Positions 24,179 through 36,680 of a stretch of 64,000 nucleotides of DNA are shown one piece after another; position 1 is the first letter of the stretch, and each line of letters begins with the position of its first letter. The notes beneath the pieces were generated by a model, which saw only the letters and a program-made list of their open reading frames with translations, was not told the DNA's origin and searched no databases. The DNA comes from Hydrolagus affinis. Its lineage: Eukaryota. A program made the position numbers and the translations under genes. The stretch lies in assembly GCA_012026655.1 (NCBI GenBank), contig JAAILG010001376.1, positions 1-64,000 of the forward strand, written 5' to 3'.

Positions 24179-24306
24179 GGAATTAAGGGATATGGGGATT
24201 AGGTGGGTAGGCGGAGTTAGAATAGATCAGCCATGATCTTATTAAATGGCGGGGCAGGCTTGAGGGGCCGAATGGCCTACTCCTGTTCCTAATTCTTATG
24301 TTCTTA
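24179..24306 (+). mobile_element. CR1 3' end
   Basis: gatcagccatgatcttattaaatggcggggcaggcttgaggggccgaatggcctactcctgttcctaattcttatgttctta. Confidence 0.88.
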
Positions 24307-24972
24307 AACCTAAACTACTGTAAGCACTACTAGACGCTACCCTGCGTGGAGGGTGCCATATAAGTGTAAATTGTTATTGTTGTGCTGTTGCATCCCTACA
24401 TCACACTACAGTATTTGGCAGGGACTGGTTGAGTTCCTCCACCTTTCTGCAAGCCCTTTTATATCTTGCAGCCTTTGCTCTCTGATACTTTAAGTGTTAT
24501 GTCTTGGGCTATGTGCTATGGTACCAGTGCTTTGTAACTAGTGTGCTAATATCCCAGGAGCCAACGGCAACGTCAATAACCTTTTGCTGCAGGATGTCCT
24601 TGTAACATTTGCTTCGTTCACCTTGAAAGTATTTTCTTTCTTTGTAGTTGGAAGGAGAGTGGAGCCTTAGGGAGTAGGTTGGAGCCACTCTCTGCACAGC
24701 ATTAAATATAGTTTTCATGCTCTGTGCTCTGCATCTTCTCCTGAGCCAAAGTAGGGCTGGAGGGCATGGGGCATCTCCTGAGCCCTTTTGCACTAATTCC
24801 CTCTTTCCTTTTGACATGCAAACAGTCTGTGTGTTAGGTCAGGCAACTGAAATGTCTTCCTCCAAGGGGTATAGAAAGAGAAGAAAGAACTTGCATTTTT
24901 ATAATGCCTTTAATGTAAATGTTTCAAGGTGTTTCCTTCACAAACGATTACTGTGAAGTTTAATGAAAACAA

Positions 24973-25170
24973 AATAATAGTCCTTACATTTGATATAGCA
25001 CTTTTCATGTCTTCACGATGTCTCAAAGTGCTTCACAAAACATACTGTCAAGTGAATTGACTGTATATTTGTGGGCAAAATTTGGCACCCAATTGCGCAA
25101 AGCAGTGTCCCACAAACAGACGTGGATTGAAATAACCAATTTATTACTTTTTTGAGGGATCATTATCATT
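24973..25170 (-). mobile_element. SINE2-type 3' half
   Basis: Matches the consensus of the other copies. Confidence 0.85.
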
Positions 25171-25574
25171 TACCGATTAAGCACAAAGAAATCTTTGGAA
25201 TAAGATAATATTAATAATTATAATTAATAATAATTATAAAATAATAACAATACTTGAGTTAGATATTGTGCCTTTCACATCAGGAGGGTATCTTGAAGCC
25301 TTTCACAGGATTTATTGTAAGGGATTTATTGTAAAGTGTAGTGACTGTGTATTTGCAGTTAATACCCATGATAGTGTTCCATTCTACTCTTCTGCTGTTT
25401 CCTTTGTGCTTGATCTCCTCATCTGATATGATCATAGGCCCTACAGAAGTATTGAGTATGGTTTGAGCTGTTCACAGGCACATGTTTCGATTTGAATTAA
25501 CCTCTTATTGTTAAGAGCTTAGTGAAACCCCAGTTTCACTGGGTCTCTTCAGATCACTCACATTAAAAAATGAC

Positions 25575-26560
25575 AAAGAATGTTACAACATGGAACTGAC
25601 CATTCAGCTCAACTGGTATACATGTTTATACTCCACACAAACTCTTAACTCCTCCTGTTCCCTTCTTTCCACAACTCTGTATTCCTTTCTCCCCCATATA
25701 TGCATCCTCTTAAAGGTTTCCTCTTAAAAACGTTGATGCTTTTTACTTCAATCACAGCTTGTGGTAATATTTCACATCCTCGCTGTTCTCTGTGTGAAGA
25801 TGTTTTCTCCTAAACTCCCTTTTAAATCTATAACTGGATATCCTATATTTATACCCTCTTGATTGAACTCACCAATAGCCTATCAACATCCACTTTATTA
25901 TAATAATAATTCTTGCATTTGATATAGTGCTTTTCACATCTTCTAGACATCTCAAAGCGCTTCACATATACTATAAGTTAATTGACTGTATATTTGTGGG
26001 TGAATCGCGGCAGCCAATTGCGCATAGCAGAGTCCCACAAACAGTGGTGGACTGAAAAGATTAATTTATTATTGTTTTATTTTTGAAGCATTATTATTAG
26101 GTGTGTGGAGTGAGGAAACTTTCTCAAGGTTTCGCCCTGCCTGGAATTGAACCTAGGTCTCTCGCTCTGTCAAAGCAAGTGCTCTAACCACTGAGCTACA
26201 GGACTACACTATTAAATCCCTTCACAATTTTAAATACCTCTATCAGGTCCTTTCTCAATAGTCATATCGCTGGAACGAAAAGCTCCAATTTGCACAATCT
26301 TTCATATTAACTGTATCCACCCATCCTTGGTAACATCTCTGTAAATCAATGCTGTATGCTCTCCGATGCTACACTATCCTTCCACTTCTGTGGCAACTGG
26401 CCCTGCACTGGAAACATGGCCTAACCAAGATTTTTTTAAAATATAAATGCCCCTGGAGGTAAAGCCAATGACTGTATTTGCATTCATTACAGCTTGTCCA
26501 TCTGTGCTGCTACCTTTAGAGACCTATGAATTTTGCGATCCCTTCTCTCCTCTACTCCTC
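25575..26560 (-). mobile_element. Degenerate CR1 fragment split by a SINE insertion
   Basis: gaccattcagc..ctctgtgtgaaga..cccttcacaattttaaatacctctatcaggtc..catccttggtaacatc. Confidence 0.65.
25899..26207 (-). mobile_element. SINE2-1_CM-like SINE, full length
   Basis: Complete head, core and tail. Confidence 0.92.
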
Positions 26561-26602
26561 TTAAGCTCCCTCCATCAGGATGTGATCAGCTACTTTATTC
26601 TT

Positions 26603-27016
26603 AATAATAACAATAAAACTTACATTTGGTGTAGCACCTTTCACATGGGGAGGCCATCTCAAAGGGCTTCACGAGATGTATTGTAAAGGGTAGTGACTAC
26701 GTGCCTTGTAGGTGAATGTGTTAGCCATCTTTGCACACAGCAATGTCTCACAAATGGCTCTGAAGTCAATGACCAATTTTATTTGGAGGAAATGCTGGCT
26801 AGGACACCGGAAGAAACCCCATCCTCTTTTCTAATAGTGTCAGGGGATCTTTACTGTCCACCTGAACAAGCAGACAAACCTCAGTTTAATGTCTCATCTG
26901 AAGGATTGCACCTCCAATAATGTAGCGTACCCTAGGGCTGCATTGGAGTGCCATCTTAGATTATGTGTGTTCCAAGTCTTGACGTGGGGTTGAACCCACA
27001 CTTTCTGATTTAGAGG
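26603..27016 (-). mobile_element. Older DeuSINE
   Basis: tttaatgtctcatctgaagga..gcattggagtg..ttgaacccacactttctga. Confidence 0.78.
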
Positions 27017-27225
27017 GAAATATATCAGTGCTGTCTTGCCCTGCATAATAACAGTCATGGCATTTAAAAGTACCCCAAGGACTGAGATGTTTCAATAACA
27101 ACAAGTCAAATTAATATAGTGCCCTACACGCATAGTGTCATAAATCGTTTCCACACAGTAAGGCACAAAATCAAAGATTTTTTTCAAGACCTTTGTAAAT
27201 AAAAAATTACAATCCAATAGACCGT

Positions 27226-27527
27226 GGAGTCCTGTGGCTCAGTGGTTAGAGCCCTCACCTCGCGAGCGAGAGACTTGGGTACAATTCCTGGCAGTTCATG
27301 GCGAAACCTTGAGCAAGTTCCTTAATCCACACACTTGATAATAATCCCTCAAGAAAACAACAATAATAAATTGGTTATTTCAACCCACGACTGTTAGTGG
27401 GACACTGCTGTGTGCAATTGGCTGCCATGTTTTGCCCAGTGAGTACAGTCAATTCACTTTACAGTATATTCTGTGAAGTGCTTTGAGACGTGAAAAGCAC
27501 TAAATGAAATGCAAGAATTATTATTAT
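27226..27527 (+). mobile_element. SINE2-1_CM-like SINE, full length
   Basis: ggagtcctgtggctcagtggttagagc...gcaagaattattattat. Confidence 0.92.
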
Positions 27528-28864
27528 CTCCTATTCTCTCTGTCCAGCTCTTAGTTTTGAAATTTAATTATAGTTTTTCCAGATTGACTCAACTTTTCCA
27601 ACATTTGATTTTTGCAAAAAAAAGTTTGTCTGTAAGTACTGTGCTTCTTTCTTCTAGTTCCTACTGTCCATTTGATGATTATTTGCTTTTTTCTGTGAAA
27701 AGCATTTCGCTCGGCAGGAAAACCACCTTTTGAGCTAATCAAAAGTCTAGGCTGCAATAATTTATTCAGTTGCTGCATTGACCACTGACGAAAGGAACTG
27801 TCTTGCAATTTCTGGTGCTCATCATGTTGAAATGTCTCAGACAATTCACAGGCAATTACAATCAAAGGTAATTTCTGTTAAATGTAGTGCCCGTACTTGT
27901 AGGGAAAACACAAATGACCATTTGAGCCCACAAACAGCTTTGAAAGTGATTGCTCAGTTAATATGGAGGAATATTGGTTGGGATATTTTGGAGAAACTTG
28001 CTTTTGTGTAAAAAGGATGAAGCTAGAAGGCGGTAGTTGTTAAGTAAGCCAGGTACTCCATTATAATATTGCATACCCACGGCATCAAATCCTTTCTCTT
28101 TGAGAACACAAGTTCTGAGAAGCCGCAAATTTATGTGATCCAATGACTTGCACTCAGGACCTCAGAACATCTTGTAATCACCTGCTGCTCTCAGGTCATA
28201 GGGAAAGAGTCAATTCCACCTGCTGTCTTTACCAATGCAGCTGTTACTAAGATAATCCACTTGGACACGGAGGCAATGTCACCAGCACGAGTCTGAATTG
28301 AGTCAGTGTCATGCGGGGCATCACGGGAGAGATTCCTGATCTAAGCAGGAGAGATTTGGGACTGCATTGCAGGGGCCAGTTACTTTAAAACTGCAGGTAG
28401 TCATTTGATATTTAGATTGAAGATTTTCAATGGCATTTCATACATTCAAAGTACCCATCGATAATTCGATTCCATTTCACCCTCCAATACTTCACTTCAT
28501 AGCTGTTTGGGGGGACATTGTTGCATACAAATTAGCTGCTTGCAAAATACACAATACTGTATTTCGGATGTCCTTCCAAAATGAAAGGGGTTTTATAAAT
28601 GTAATTTTGCTGTTGTTGTCCTCCTGACATGAATGGTGCCATATCAAATGGAAGCGTTATTATTACAATTTACCTCCAATTTTCAGGAGTAGGTTAAAAC
28701 ATTGGTCAGAGGCAGGAATGTCTTTTTGAGCTGACTTTTAGATCACTGTAGAGAGATGTCAGGGAATAGCTGTATCACACATCTAGCAGAGAAAATGCAT
28801 AACATCCTTCAAATAACTTGCAGAAAAGTATTAAAGGGCTATTTTGCGGAGCATTCATAGGCTT

Positions 28865-29066
28865 AGGCACCATCCCTTGCCTCCTTCAAGACCCACCTTA
28901 AGACTCTCCTCTTCCACTGTGTTTTTGATCAACCACTTTGCAAACCCTGCGTCCACCCTCCCCGATCTCCACCCACAGCTTGAGTCCGAAACACTGACTG
29001 TCCAGAGCCTTGGGATGTGCTCCCGATGTGAAAGGTGCCACACCAATGTAATTTTGTTGTTTTTGT
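28865..29066 (+). mobile_element. L2 3'UTR fragment
   Basis: cctccttcaagacccaccttaagac..gtgaaaggtgcc..gtaattttgttgtt. Confidence 0.75.
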
Positions 29067-29659
29067 TACATAAATACTGCAGTTCCTAACCGAAATTTCA
29101 TATCACCATTGTTGGAACCTGTAATGAGATATTGCATTTTTCACTCCATAAATACATTTCTCAGTAAATAAATAACTTCCACCAGCATAGTCTGTCCAAA
29201 TACGTATGCAAGAGATTTCCTTTGTCTTTAGTGTGTTTAGATTTTTCATGTGTGATGTGTGTATTTGCCCAAGTGCAGAAATGCCTTTGCAAGGCACTTC
29301 AGCATTATCCCCTCCTGGCTGGTGAAGTGACAACAGATGTCAGCAGGGAGGACAAAACAGATCCTACCCACCGAGAGGAGCTTTTCTTGCCAGAACTAAC
29401 ATGCTGCTCCTTGAAATGCTAATCGACACTGTTTTGCTACTCAGTTTGCATAGCAATGGTGGGAAACCGCTCAGATTCCAGCAACCCTTTGTTAGGGAGC
29501 AAAACATTGTGCCTGGAAAAAAAATCCCTGAAACTCAAGATGTTGTCTGGTTCCTGCGTCCTGCCTAAGAATCCACCAGATTCTTCACGCAACCGAAATA
29601 GAAACTCATACGGATCAAATAATTTGCATGCACTCATTCGATGCATTAAAACTTCTTGT

Positions 29660-29830
29660 AACAATAATCATCATCCTTGCGTTTGATATAGCATCCTATT
29701 GTGTCATTAAGACAGAATATATTATAAAGTGGATCGACTGTTGTATTTTGTGGGCGAAATGCAGCAGCCAATTCCACACAGCGGTGTCCCACAAATGGTC
29801 GTGGATCGAGTGACTTCGAAATTTTTTTGA
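29660..29830 (-). mobile_element. SINE2-type 3' half
   Basis: atccttgcgtttgatatagc..gcagccaatt..gtgtcccacaaa. Confidence 0.8.
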
Positions 29831-29837
29831 AGCAAGC

Positions 29838-30217
29838 TCCCATGATAAAGGTAAATACACTGATTTGGACCCAGAAGGTCCCAGATTTGGATTCCCCTGG
29901 TCTTCTCGAGCTAGTTGATGGGGAGATGGTAAAAGGGATACAATTGGTCACTGTGCCCTTCGGTTAGAAGGGAATAATCAGAATAATTCTGTTTCTGATT
30001 GCAAACCATTTGCCTCTCCTTGGAAATGTGCATGTCTGGCCTTCAGGTCAGGCAAGATCAGGCTCCCATGTGATGCCTTCCCAGCTGACGCTCACTCTAT
30101 ATAGCACACAGATGAGGAATGGCCAGTTGGATGAGATAGTGTAGGACAGCTGCGACCCATGGAATCATACCTCAGCAGGAATTCTCGCCTTCGGAAGAGG
30201 AGAGCCACAAACTGGTG
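29838..30217 (+). mobile_element. Ancient SINE family Y
   Basis: cagaaggtcccag..gagctagttgat..tacaattgg..gtgatgcc..gaatggccagttggatgag..cgccttcggaagaggag. Confidence 0.6.
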
Positions 30218-30812
30218 GAGGAAAAATCTACTGACAGATTATCTGTGCGCTGTAACATTAGCATACACTCACTGCTGAGTGCAGTATGCTACCTCTAGCT
30301 GTAAAGGAACACAGTGATTACAGTTACTGTACATCATTTGTATACTGTTAAATCTACCCAGCTTTAATACAGAAGCTCAAGTTATCTAAAGAATTCCAGG
30401 CAATTATGATGGGCAGTTATTATTGCACGAATATGTCTGGAATTGTCCTGCCAAAAATGTTCCAGCTAAATGGAATTGCAGTGCATTGCAGATACTGTAT
30501 TGTTGAGTCATTGAAGTGTGAGTCTGCTCTGAGAAACTCAGCCAAGGGGCTTTGTTATCTCACACTATGTTACAATACATGTTGTACTATATTTATTGTA
30601 ATTAATGGTGGATATTTTAAATCTGTAATGGTGCGATGTGATGGATTTGACTTAAAGAGGATTTTGCGATTTACAAGGTTTTCAGTAACTTTCTTTGAGC
30701 AATGTATACACACACACACGATTTACATCAGCAGACCACACGTCTCTTACAAAGTGGAATTGGCCTTTTTTCGGCTGACACGTGCCACTTTAAGTGCTGT
30801 GTCTTTTTGTAG

Positions 30813-30851
30813 GATCTAACAGCAGGATAGTCAATATATCATATACTGGAG
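30813..30851 (+). other. Candidate 39-nt cassette exon
   Basis: ctgac branch-like motif at 30775, gtgtctttttgtAG, 39 nt ending GAG, then GTGAGA. One reading frame is open (SNSRIVNISYTG). Confidence 0.25.
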
Positions 30852-31064
30852 GTGAGAATTGCAGCATTGTGATGTGTCGATTAACACTGATGTGACGTGT
30901 CAATTAACACCAATTAACACCGAACAATTCATTGAAATTCTAATATGTCTGTCGTCATATCATGTGTTGAGATGTTTCAAAAAGTGCCTCACAATATTTT
31001 TACCACGAAATGTAGTGACTATGTAATTTTGTAAGCAGTGCAGCTCAGACACAAATATTCATCT

Positions 31065-31186
31065 AAGAAAATATGCAAAATACTGCAGATGCTGGAAATC
31101 TGAAACAAAAACAGAAATCGCTGGGAACATTCAGCAGGTCAGGCAGCATCTGATGGGGAAAGGAAAAGTGAGTCAATGTTTCATAT
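31065..31186 (-). mobile_element. Short Penelope-type element truncated inside the hammerhead motif, with 12-bp TSD
   Basis: aaatattcatct occurs at 31053-31064 and 31187-31198; body ctgcagatgctggaaatctgaaacaaaaacagaa..cagcaggtcaggcagcatc. Confidence 0.8.
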
Positions 31187-31842
31187 AAATATTCATCTGT
31201 ACTGACAGGCTTACCCTCACATTCCTCAATGCTGAAATGAGCAAACTAATGATAATTAACATTATTAACACACCCACTAATTCCTTGGTGGAACTTTGAG
31301 ATGTTTTGACGTCCTCCTGACGTGAAAGGCGCTCTATAAATGTAATTTTGTTGTTGTTGCTCTTGTTGGTGGCATAATAAAGCCATATATCATCATTCTT
31401 CTTATTGCTTTGAGCTACACTGTGCTATTATTGTAAGTACAGAGTTGTGGGCGAAAGTTGTGATGAATTATGACACTTAAGTTATTTATGTGTCAGTGTC
31501 TGAAAAATGCATTCAGACCACAGGATGTGGATTTGTGGAATAAGATATTACTAGTGTGGCGGCCTGCACTTGTTGCTTCACGTGTGCTCTCAAGTCACTG
31601 AGCCAAGAAGCAATCAGTGTAGGACATTTCCAATGCCAAGGCGTTGGGATTGTGGGAGTAAAGCACCTTGGTGCAACTGAGGTGTTGCTGATAGTGATAC
31701 CGTGTAATAGTGATAACTGTGCATGTGAGTGTGCTGCCCTGTTGTTCCAATCTGTTCTGATGCTGACTCACTCAGGTACATGGAGGGAAAGAGGAGTATA
31801 GGGCCAAGTAATGTGTAAGAAAGAGCAATGAACCTTTCTTGG

Positions 31843-32243
31843 TGTCAGTCTGGCTCAGTTGGTAGCAGTCTCTTCTGTTAGTCAGAGGAACGTGGATTAC
31901 ACTTCACATAGGACTTGGAACTAACAAATTTAATGTTGTGCTGGGGGAGCACTGAAATTATAGAGTTGCTGACCTTTGTTTGAGATGTTAAACCAAGGTT
32001 TTGGCTGTACGGAATTTAAATATCCCATGGCACTGTTCGAAAAGTGAAGGCAGTTTCTCCTGGTGTTCAGGCCAACAAATCCCCCAAATAAAATAGGTTC
32101 ACTTACTTCATGGCTATTTGTAGAAATTTGCTGTCTACAAATCAGCTACCCCGTTCTCCTACAAAATACACAATCGCTAGACTTTGAGATGTCCCCCTGG
32201 TGTGAAAGTTGCTAAATTAGATGTAAGAATTATTATTATTATT
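31843..32243 (+). mobile_element. Older DeuSINE, full length
   Basis: tgtcagtctggctcagttggtagcag...tcccatggcactgttcga, then tail. Confidence 0.8.
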
Positions 32244-33024
32244 AACAAACCATACGTCTGTTTAATTACAGGGCGAAGACAGCAACGAATGCAAGAACCA
32301 GGAGAGAAAACCAGTGTTGGGCTTCAGGAGAAGACTACCTGGATCAGGTCATCATTCTTTAGTTGGAATGCAGGGAACTGAAGTGATGGATGATAGGAAT
32401 TTAGGTGAGAACATTCAACCAAGGAATAAGTATGTGGATTACCAATGGTGGACTGGGAGAGAAATAACAGGACCGTGCATCCCTAAAGGCTCACATGTAT
32501 TTACGTATTCTATAGATTGTAAGAAATGTAGTGTCGTGGTTATGTTTTGCGCATTCAGATGTTGGGATATCCTCCTGACGGGAAAGGCGCTATATAAGTG
32601 TAATTTTGTTGTTGTTGTTCCCAAAGAACACGGCTCCACTGACCAACAACGGTGAAAAATTTGATGCTGCAAGTTTATAGCCCTGCAAGCTGCCCTTTAA
32701 GATTTTCTCAAATGTGACGAGATTGTAACTTCTGCGTGTTAGGTAATTGTGATCACTGAAGTGTAGCCCCTGTACATTTTGTTTATAGCCTGGGTAGCAC
32801 TGAAGAATCCCTTTATTGTGTATGTTCACTACTAGCCCAGAGCAAGAGGTGATATTATTTGAGACTCAATGACCCAGAAGGGTTTTACTTTTTCGCAGTT
32901 AAAAAATGCTGACTTCTAGGTGATCAGATTATTGCTGATGTATGTTCCTGCTTCACACAAGCTGAGAAAACAGGGAGAGATGTTACTGTGACTCTGCAAC
33001 CTGGTACAGTATAATGAGTTTGCA

Positions 33025-33176
33025 ATGTGATTGGCGCTTCCAAAGACCAATTGGCTACCACGTTTCGCACACAAAATACACAGTCAGGACACTTTACTGT
33101 ATATTGTGAGGCACTTTGAGACATCGTGAAGACATGATAAGGCGATATATCAAATGTAAGGATGATTATTATTATT
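33025..33176 (+). mobile_element. SINE2-type 3' part
   Basis: caattggctacc..gtgaggcactttgagac..gataaggcgatatatcaaatg. Confidence 0.8.
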
Positions 33177-33639
33177 AAATACTTTCATGATCTTGTGTTG
33201 TTTTTTTCCCCAAACTCAGCAGATAAAAAGACCTGTGGAATCCAGCATCTGAACTACTTTTAGTAGTTTTTTTAAATCACTTTTAGCAACAACATTTTTA
33301 ATTCTACCTGACCTAAAGTGCCATCATTCTGAACAAGTGGAATTTCAGTGCCCTGGTTCAGTCGGGGATTGAAGGCGACCAGTTGCTTTGTACAGATGAC
33401 ATTTCCACGGTCCCAGCAGAACAGGCGGCCATGCTGTATGTGCAGTATTTGATCGCTTTGAAGTCATATCAATAGGAAAGTATAGATTTTCAAATGATCA
33501 AATGCTGCATGGACTCTATATCTCCTGTTCTGTGGGGACCATGGAAATGTCATCCGTGCAAAGTAACAGGTCAGGTTTGAATAATGCAGCAGCAAGTGTA
33601 GAGAGATACCATGCTGCTTATCGGACCATCTATAATGAT

Positions 33640-33925
33640 AATAAAAATAACCATCTTTGTATTTAGTCATAGCACCTTTCATATGGGTTTTTCACAGACT
33701 TTATTATGAAATGGAGTGACGGTTATTTGTAGGCGAACGCTGGAGCCCAATTGCGCTCAGCGCACATGGCTCAAATAGTGCCATGGGATCTTTAATGTTC
33801 ATCCAAAAGGTCTGGGGCCTGGGTTTAACATCTCATCTGAAGGATGGCACTTCTGACAATGTAACACTCCCCCAACACTGCATTAGAGTGTCATCTTAGA
33901 CTATATGAGTTCAAGTCCTGACATG
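33640..33925 (-). mobile_element. Older DeuSINE fragment
   Basis: aatagtgccatgggatcttta..tttaacatctcatctgaaggatggcac. Confidence 0.78.
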
Positions 33926-35451
33926 CAGCTATGAGGATAAAGGAGAAAGTCTACAAAGCAACTCCATAGAAGATAAAGCAAGTCAAGAAGAGTCCATCAT
34001 GCAGATCGTCCGTTGTACAAACTAATCTCGAAGGCTGAAAGTCCCTTGTTATTCAATGTTTTTCATGTTTCGTGTGTGAATGATAATATTTATTTGAATC
34101 CAAATTAAGAAGTGGCATTATTTTAAAATAATAGCGAGAAGCATATCTAATGGATGGTACAACTCATTGAGAACGAGTGGCTACAAAGATCCACTTGTTA
34201 CACTAAGTTCTTTACAACCTGCTTCTCTTAGGAGAACTCACAAGTTACAAGATTTTCTTGTGAATAAAAGAAAGCACAAGCATCAAGACTTTCCTGCGAG
34301 ATATCCTACATTTAATACAGATGCAAATCTTGCAGCTATCATTAGAATTTGTTTAGAGCTTACTTAACAAAAGCAACCGGCAGAGAACATAATAGAGGTT
34401 CCATGTAAATTATTCACAAAGCTCTAACTGCAATTAGAGGAGAAATCTGATTTCAACTCTACATTATAAGTGCATTCATCTGACAAATATTTCTGTTTAA
34501 TTGCTGTGGGCTCATATATTTTTTTCCTCTGTGATTATAATTGAGTGTATATAAAAATAATCAAAAGACGATAGTATTACAGCAGCAGATCACCGGAAAA
34601 ACTATGATTTAGCAGGTGTTAATTACAATGCATGTTATTTGCTAAAATGTACTTTAATTGCTTTAATAAATTGGATTTTTACTAATTGGTTTGTGTTGGA
34701 CAAGTGTATGAGCAAAATAAACATGTGGGCTCCCCATCTCCTCACTTCCTTCAGGTCAGTTCAGAATGTCTATTCTAAACTGTAAAAACAACCAATTTTG
34801 TAGATGATGGACATGCAGAGGAAATTATATTAGAATCTAGATTTATGCCATTTACATGGCATTTTAGAGTGTATAGAATTTGGTAAATTTTTTTAGATGA
34901 CCTTTAATTTTGAAGCCAGCTCTCTGTAACTTTATAAAACTTAATTTTGACTTAGAAGATCAGACTGAATTCACTAATTTGAAAAATTCTGTATGTTTTA
35001 AAAATGTACAATAATAATAAGAATTCTTGCATTTGATAATGCAGCTTTTCATGTTGCTAATATATCTCAAAGCACTTCGCAGATATACTGTAAAGTGTTT
35101 TTTACTGTGTGTTTTGTGGGTAAAAGGGTAAATAAAACCAGACTCAGGTGAACAATTTCTTCCCAACAATTTCTAAGAATGTTAGGGAAAAATTATATTT
35201 AGTAAGAATTATTGTTAATAATTAGGATGCAGGTTAGCACTTCTGCTAGAGAAAGTGACGCACCCTTTAGAGTAAATGTTTTTTTTTACTGAAGGAATAA
35301 CAAAATGAGGACAAGTCTGCTTCATTCCAAAGATGTGTTCAGTCCGGATTGATTTGCAAGATCACAAACTATTTGAAGATTTTTTAAATGGCTTTTATTG
35401 ATTTAGATTTACAAAATCCTAAAGCAATGAATATGAATCATCTGATATATT

Positions 35452-35704
35452 GGAGTTCTGTAGCTCAGTGGTTAGAGCACTTGCCTTGCAAGCAAGAGAC
35501 CTGGGTTAAATTCCAGGCAGGGCAAAATCTTAGGCATGTTTCCTTACTCCATATGCCTAATAATAATCTTTCAGGAAAAAACCCAATAATTAATTTGTCA
35601 TTTCAATCAATTCACTTTACAGTATATTCTGTGAAGCGCTTTGAAATGTCTAGAAGACATGAAAAGCGCTATATCAAATGCAAGGATAATTATTATTGTT
35701 ATTA
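35452..35704 (+). mobile_element. SINE2-1_CM-like SINE lacking the Deu core
   Basis: Intact head and tail joined at catttcaatcaattcac. Confidence 0.88.
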
Positions 35705-36204
35705 CTGACTGTTCTCAGAGTAGTGTCAGGTGTCAGCCTGGCTTAGTTGGTATCGGTCTTGCTACCAACATGTAATGAGTCAGATGTTAAATGTTAAACA
35801 TCCCACAAAACTATTGGAAAGGGGAGTTTCCCCCAGGGTCTTAGTTAATAACTAAGATTGTTTTCTCTTTCCTGATCCTAGAAGCATGTCTTCACTACTC
35901 AACCATGTAAAAATGTGGCCTGCACCGAAATAGGGAATGTATTTTATCACAGTAATTCAAGGCTAATCTTTATGATACTAATAAATACAAAAAATGTGCT
36001 GTTCTTCAGCAAACATACTTTAACATATTGTGCCATTGTATCATGAACCTGGTATTTATGACATATTAGCTTTGGCATTAGCCTCTAGGTCTTATCTTGA
36101 GAATAAATTAAGCCTCACTATTAGATACATGAACCAGAAATGTATTTAATATTTGCAAACATTCAGTAATGTTGTTAGGAAAAAAAACTCCACTGACAAC
36201 TTTT

Positions 36205-36680
36205 GGAAGAAAGTTTCAGATAGGTTAGTAGTGTGGTGGTGGAAGGCTCAGCTACTGATGACAAATTGGAGGAAATGGAGAACAAGCAGGAGTAGACCAG
36301 AGACACCATAACAGGGAGTGTGAGAAGACTTTTCAGTGGGATAGAGTGATGTATTTGAGAGAATTTGAATATTAGGACATGGAGCTTAAAATTGTTTCAC
36401 TGTGGCACAGGTAGCCAGTGGATGGAGATATTTGCAAGAGGGACAGGACTTGAGGGTTCTGAATCGGTTGAAGCTGGACCTAGGAGGAAAACATTTCCAA
36501 GATCTATTCTGGAGGTGCCAAAGGCATGGATAAGGGATTTTCTGCAGTGAAGGTGAGGCAGTGAAATAAGCAACCAATGTTCTGAAGCAGGCAGAGGTGT
36601 CCCTGACAAGGATTGGATGTGGGATTTGAAGGGGAGCTCAGGGTTGAACAGAATGTTTTTCACATCACCTGATTCACCAT
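36205..36680 (-). mobile_element. Degenerate L2 fragment
   Basis: Translation FNPELPFKSHIQS..LIHAFGTSRID..IHWLPV. Confidence 0.75.

Noticed and set aside
25398-25416. tttcctttgtgcttgatct resembles the 5' arm of miR-218
   Set aside because: The match stops after 13 nt of the mature sequence (no aaccatgt) and no complementary 3' arm follows.
27226-27300. tRNA-like sequences (gtagctcagtggttagagc...gggttcaattcc)
   Set aside because: These are SINE heads that continue directly into the SINE body, not standalone tRNA genes.
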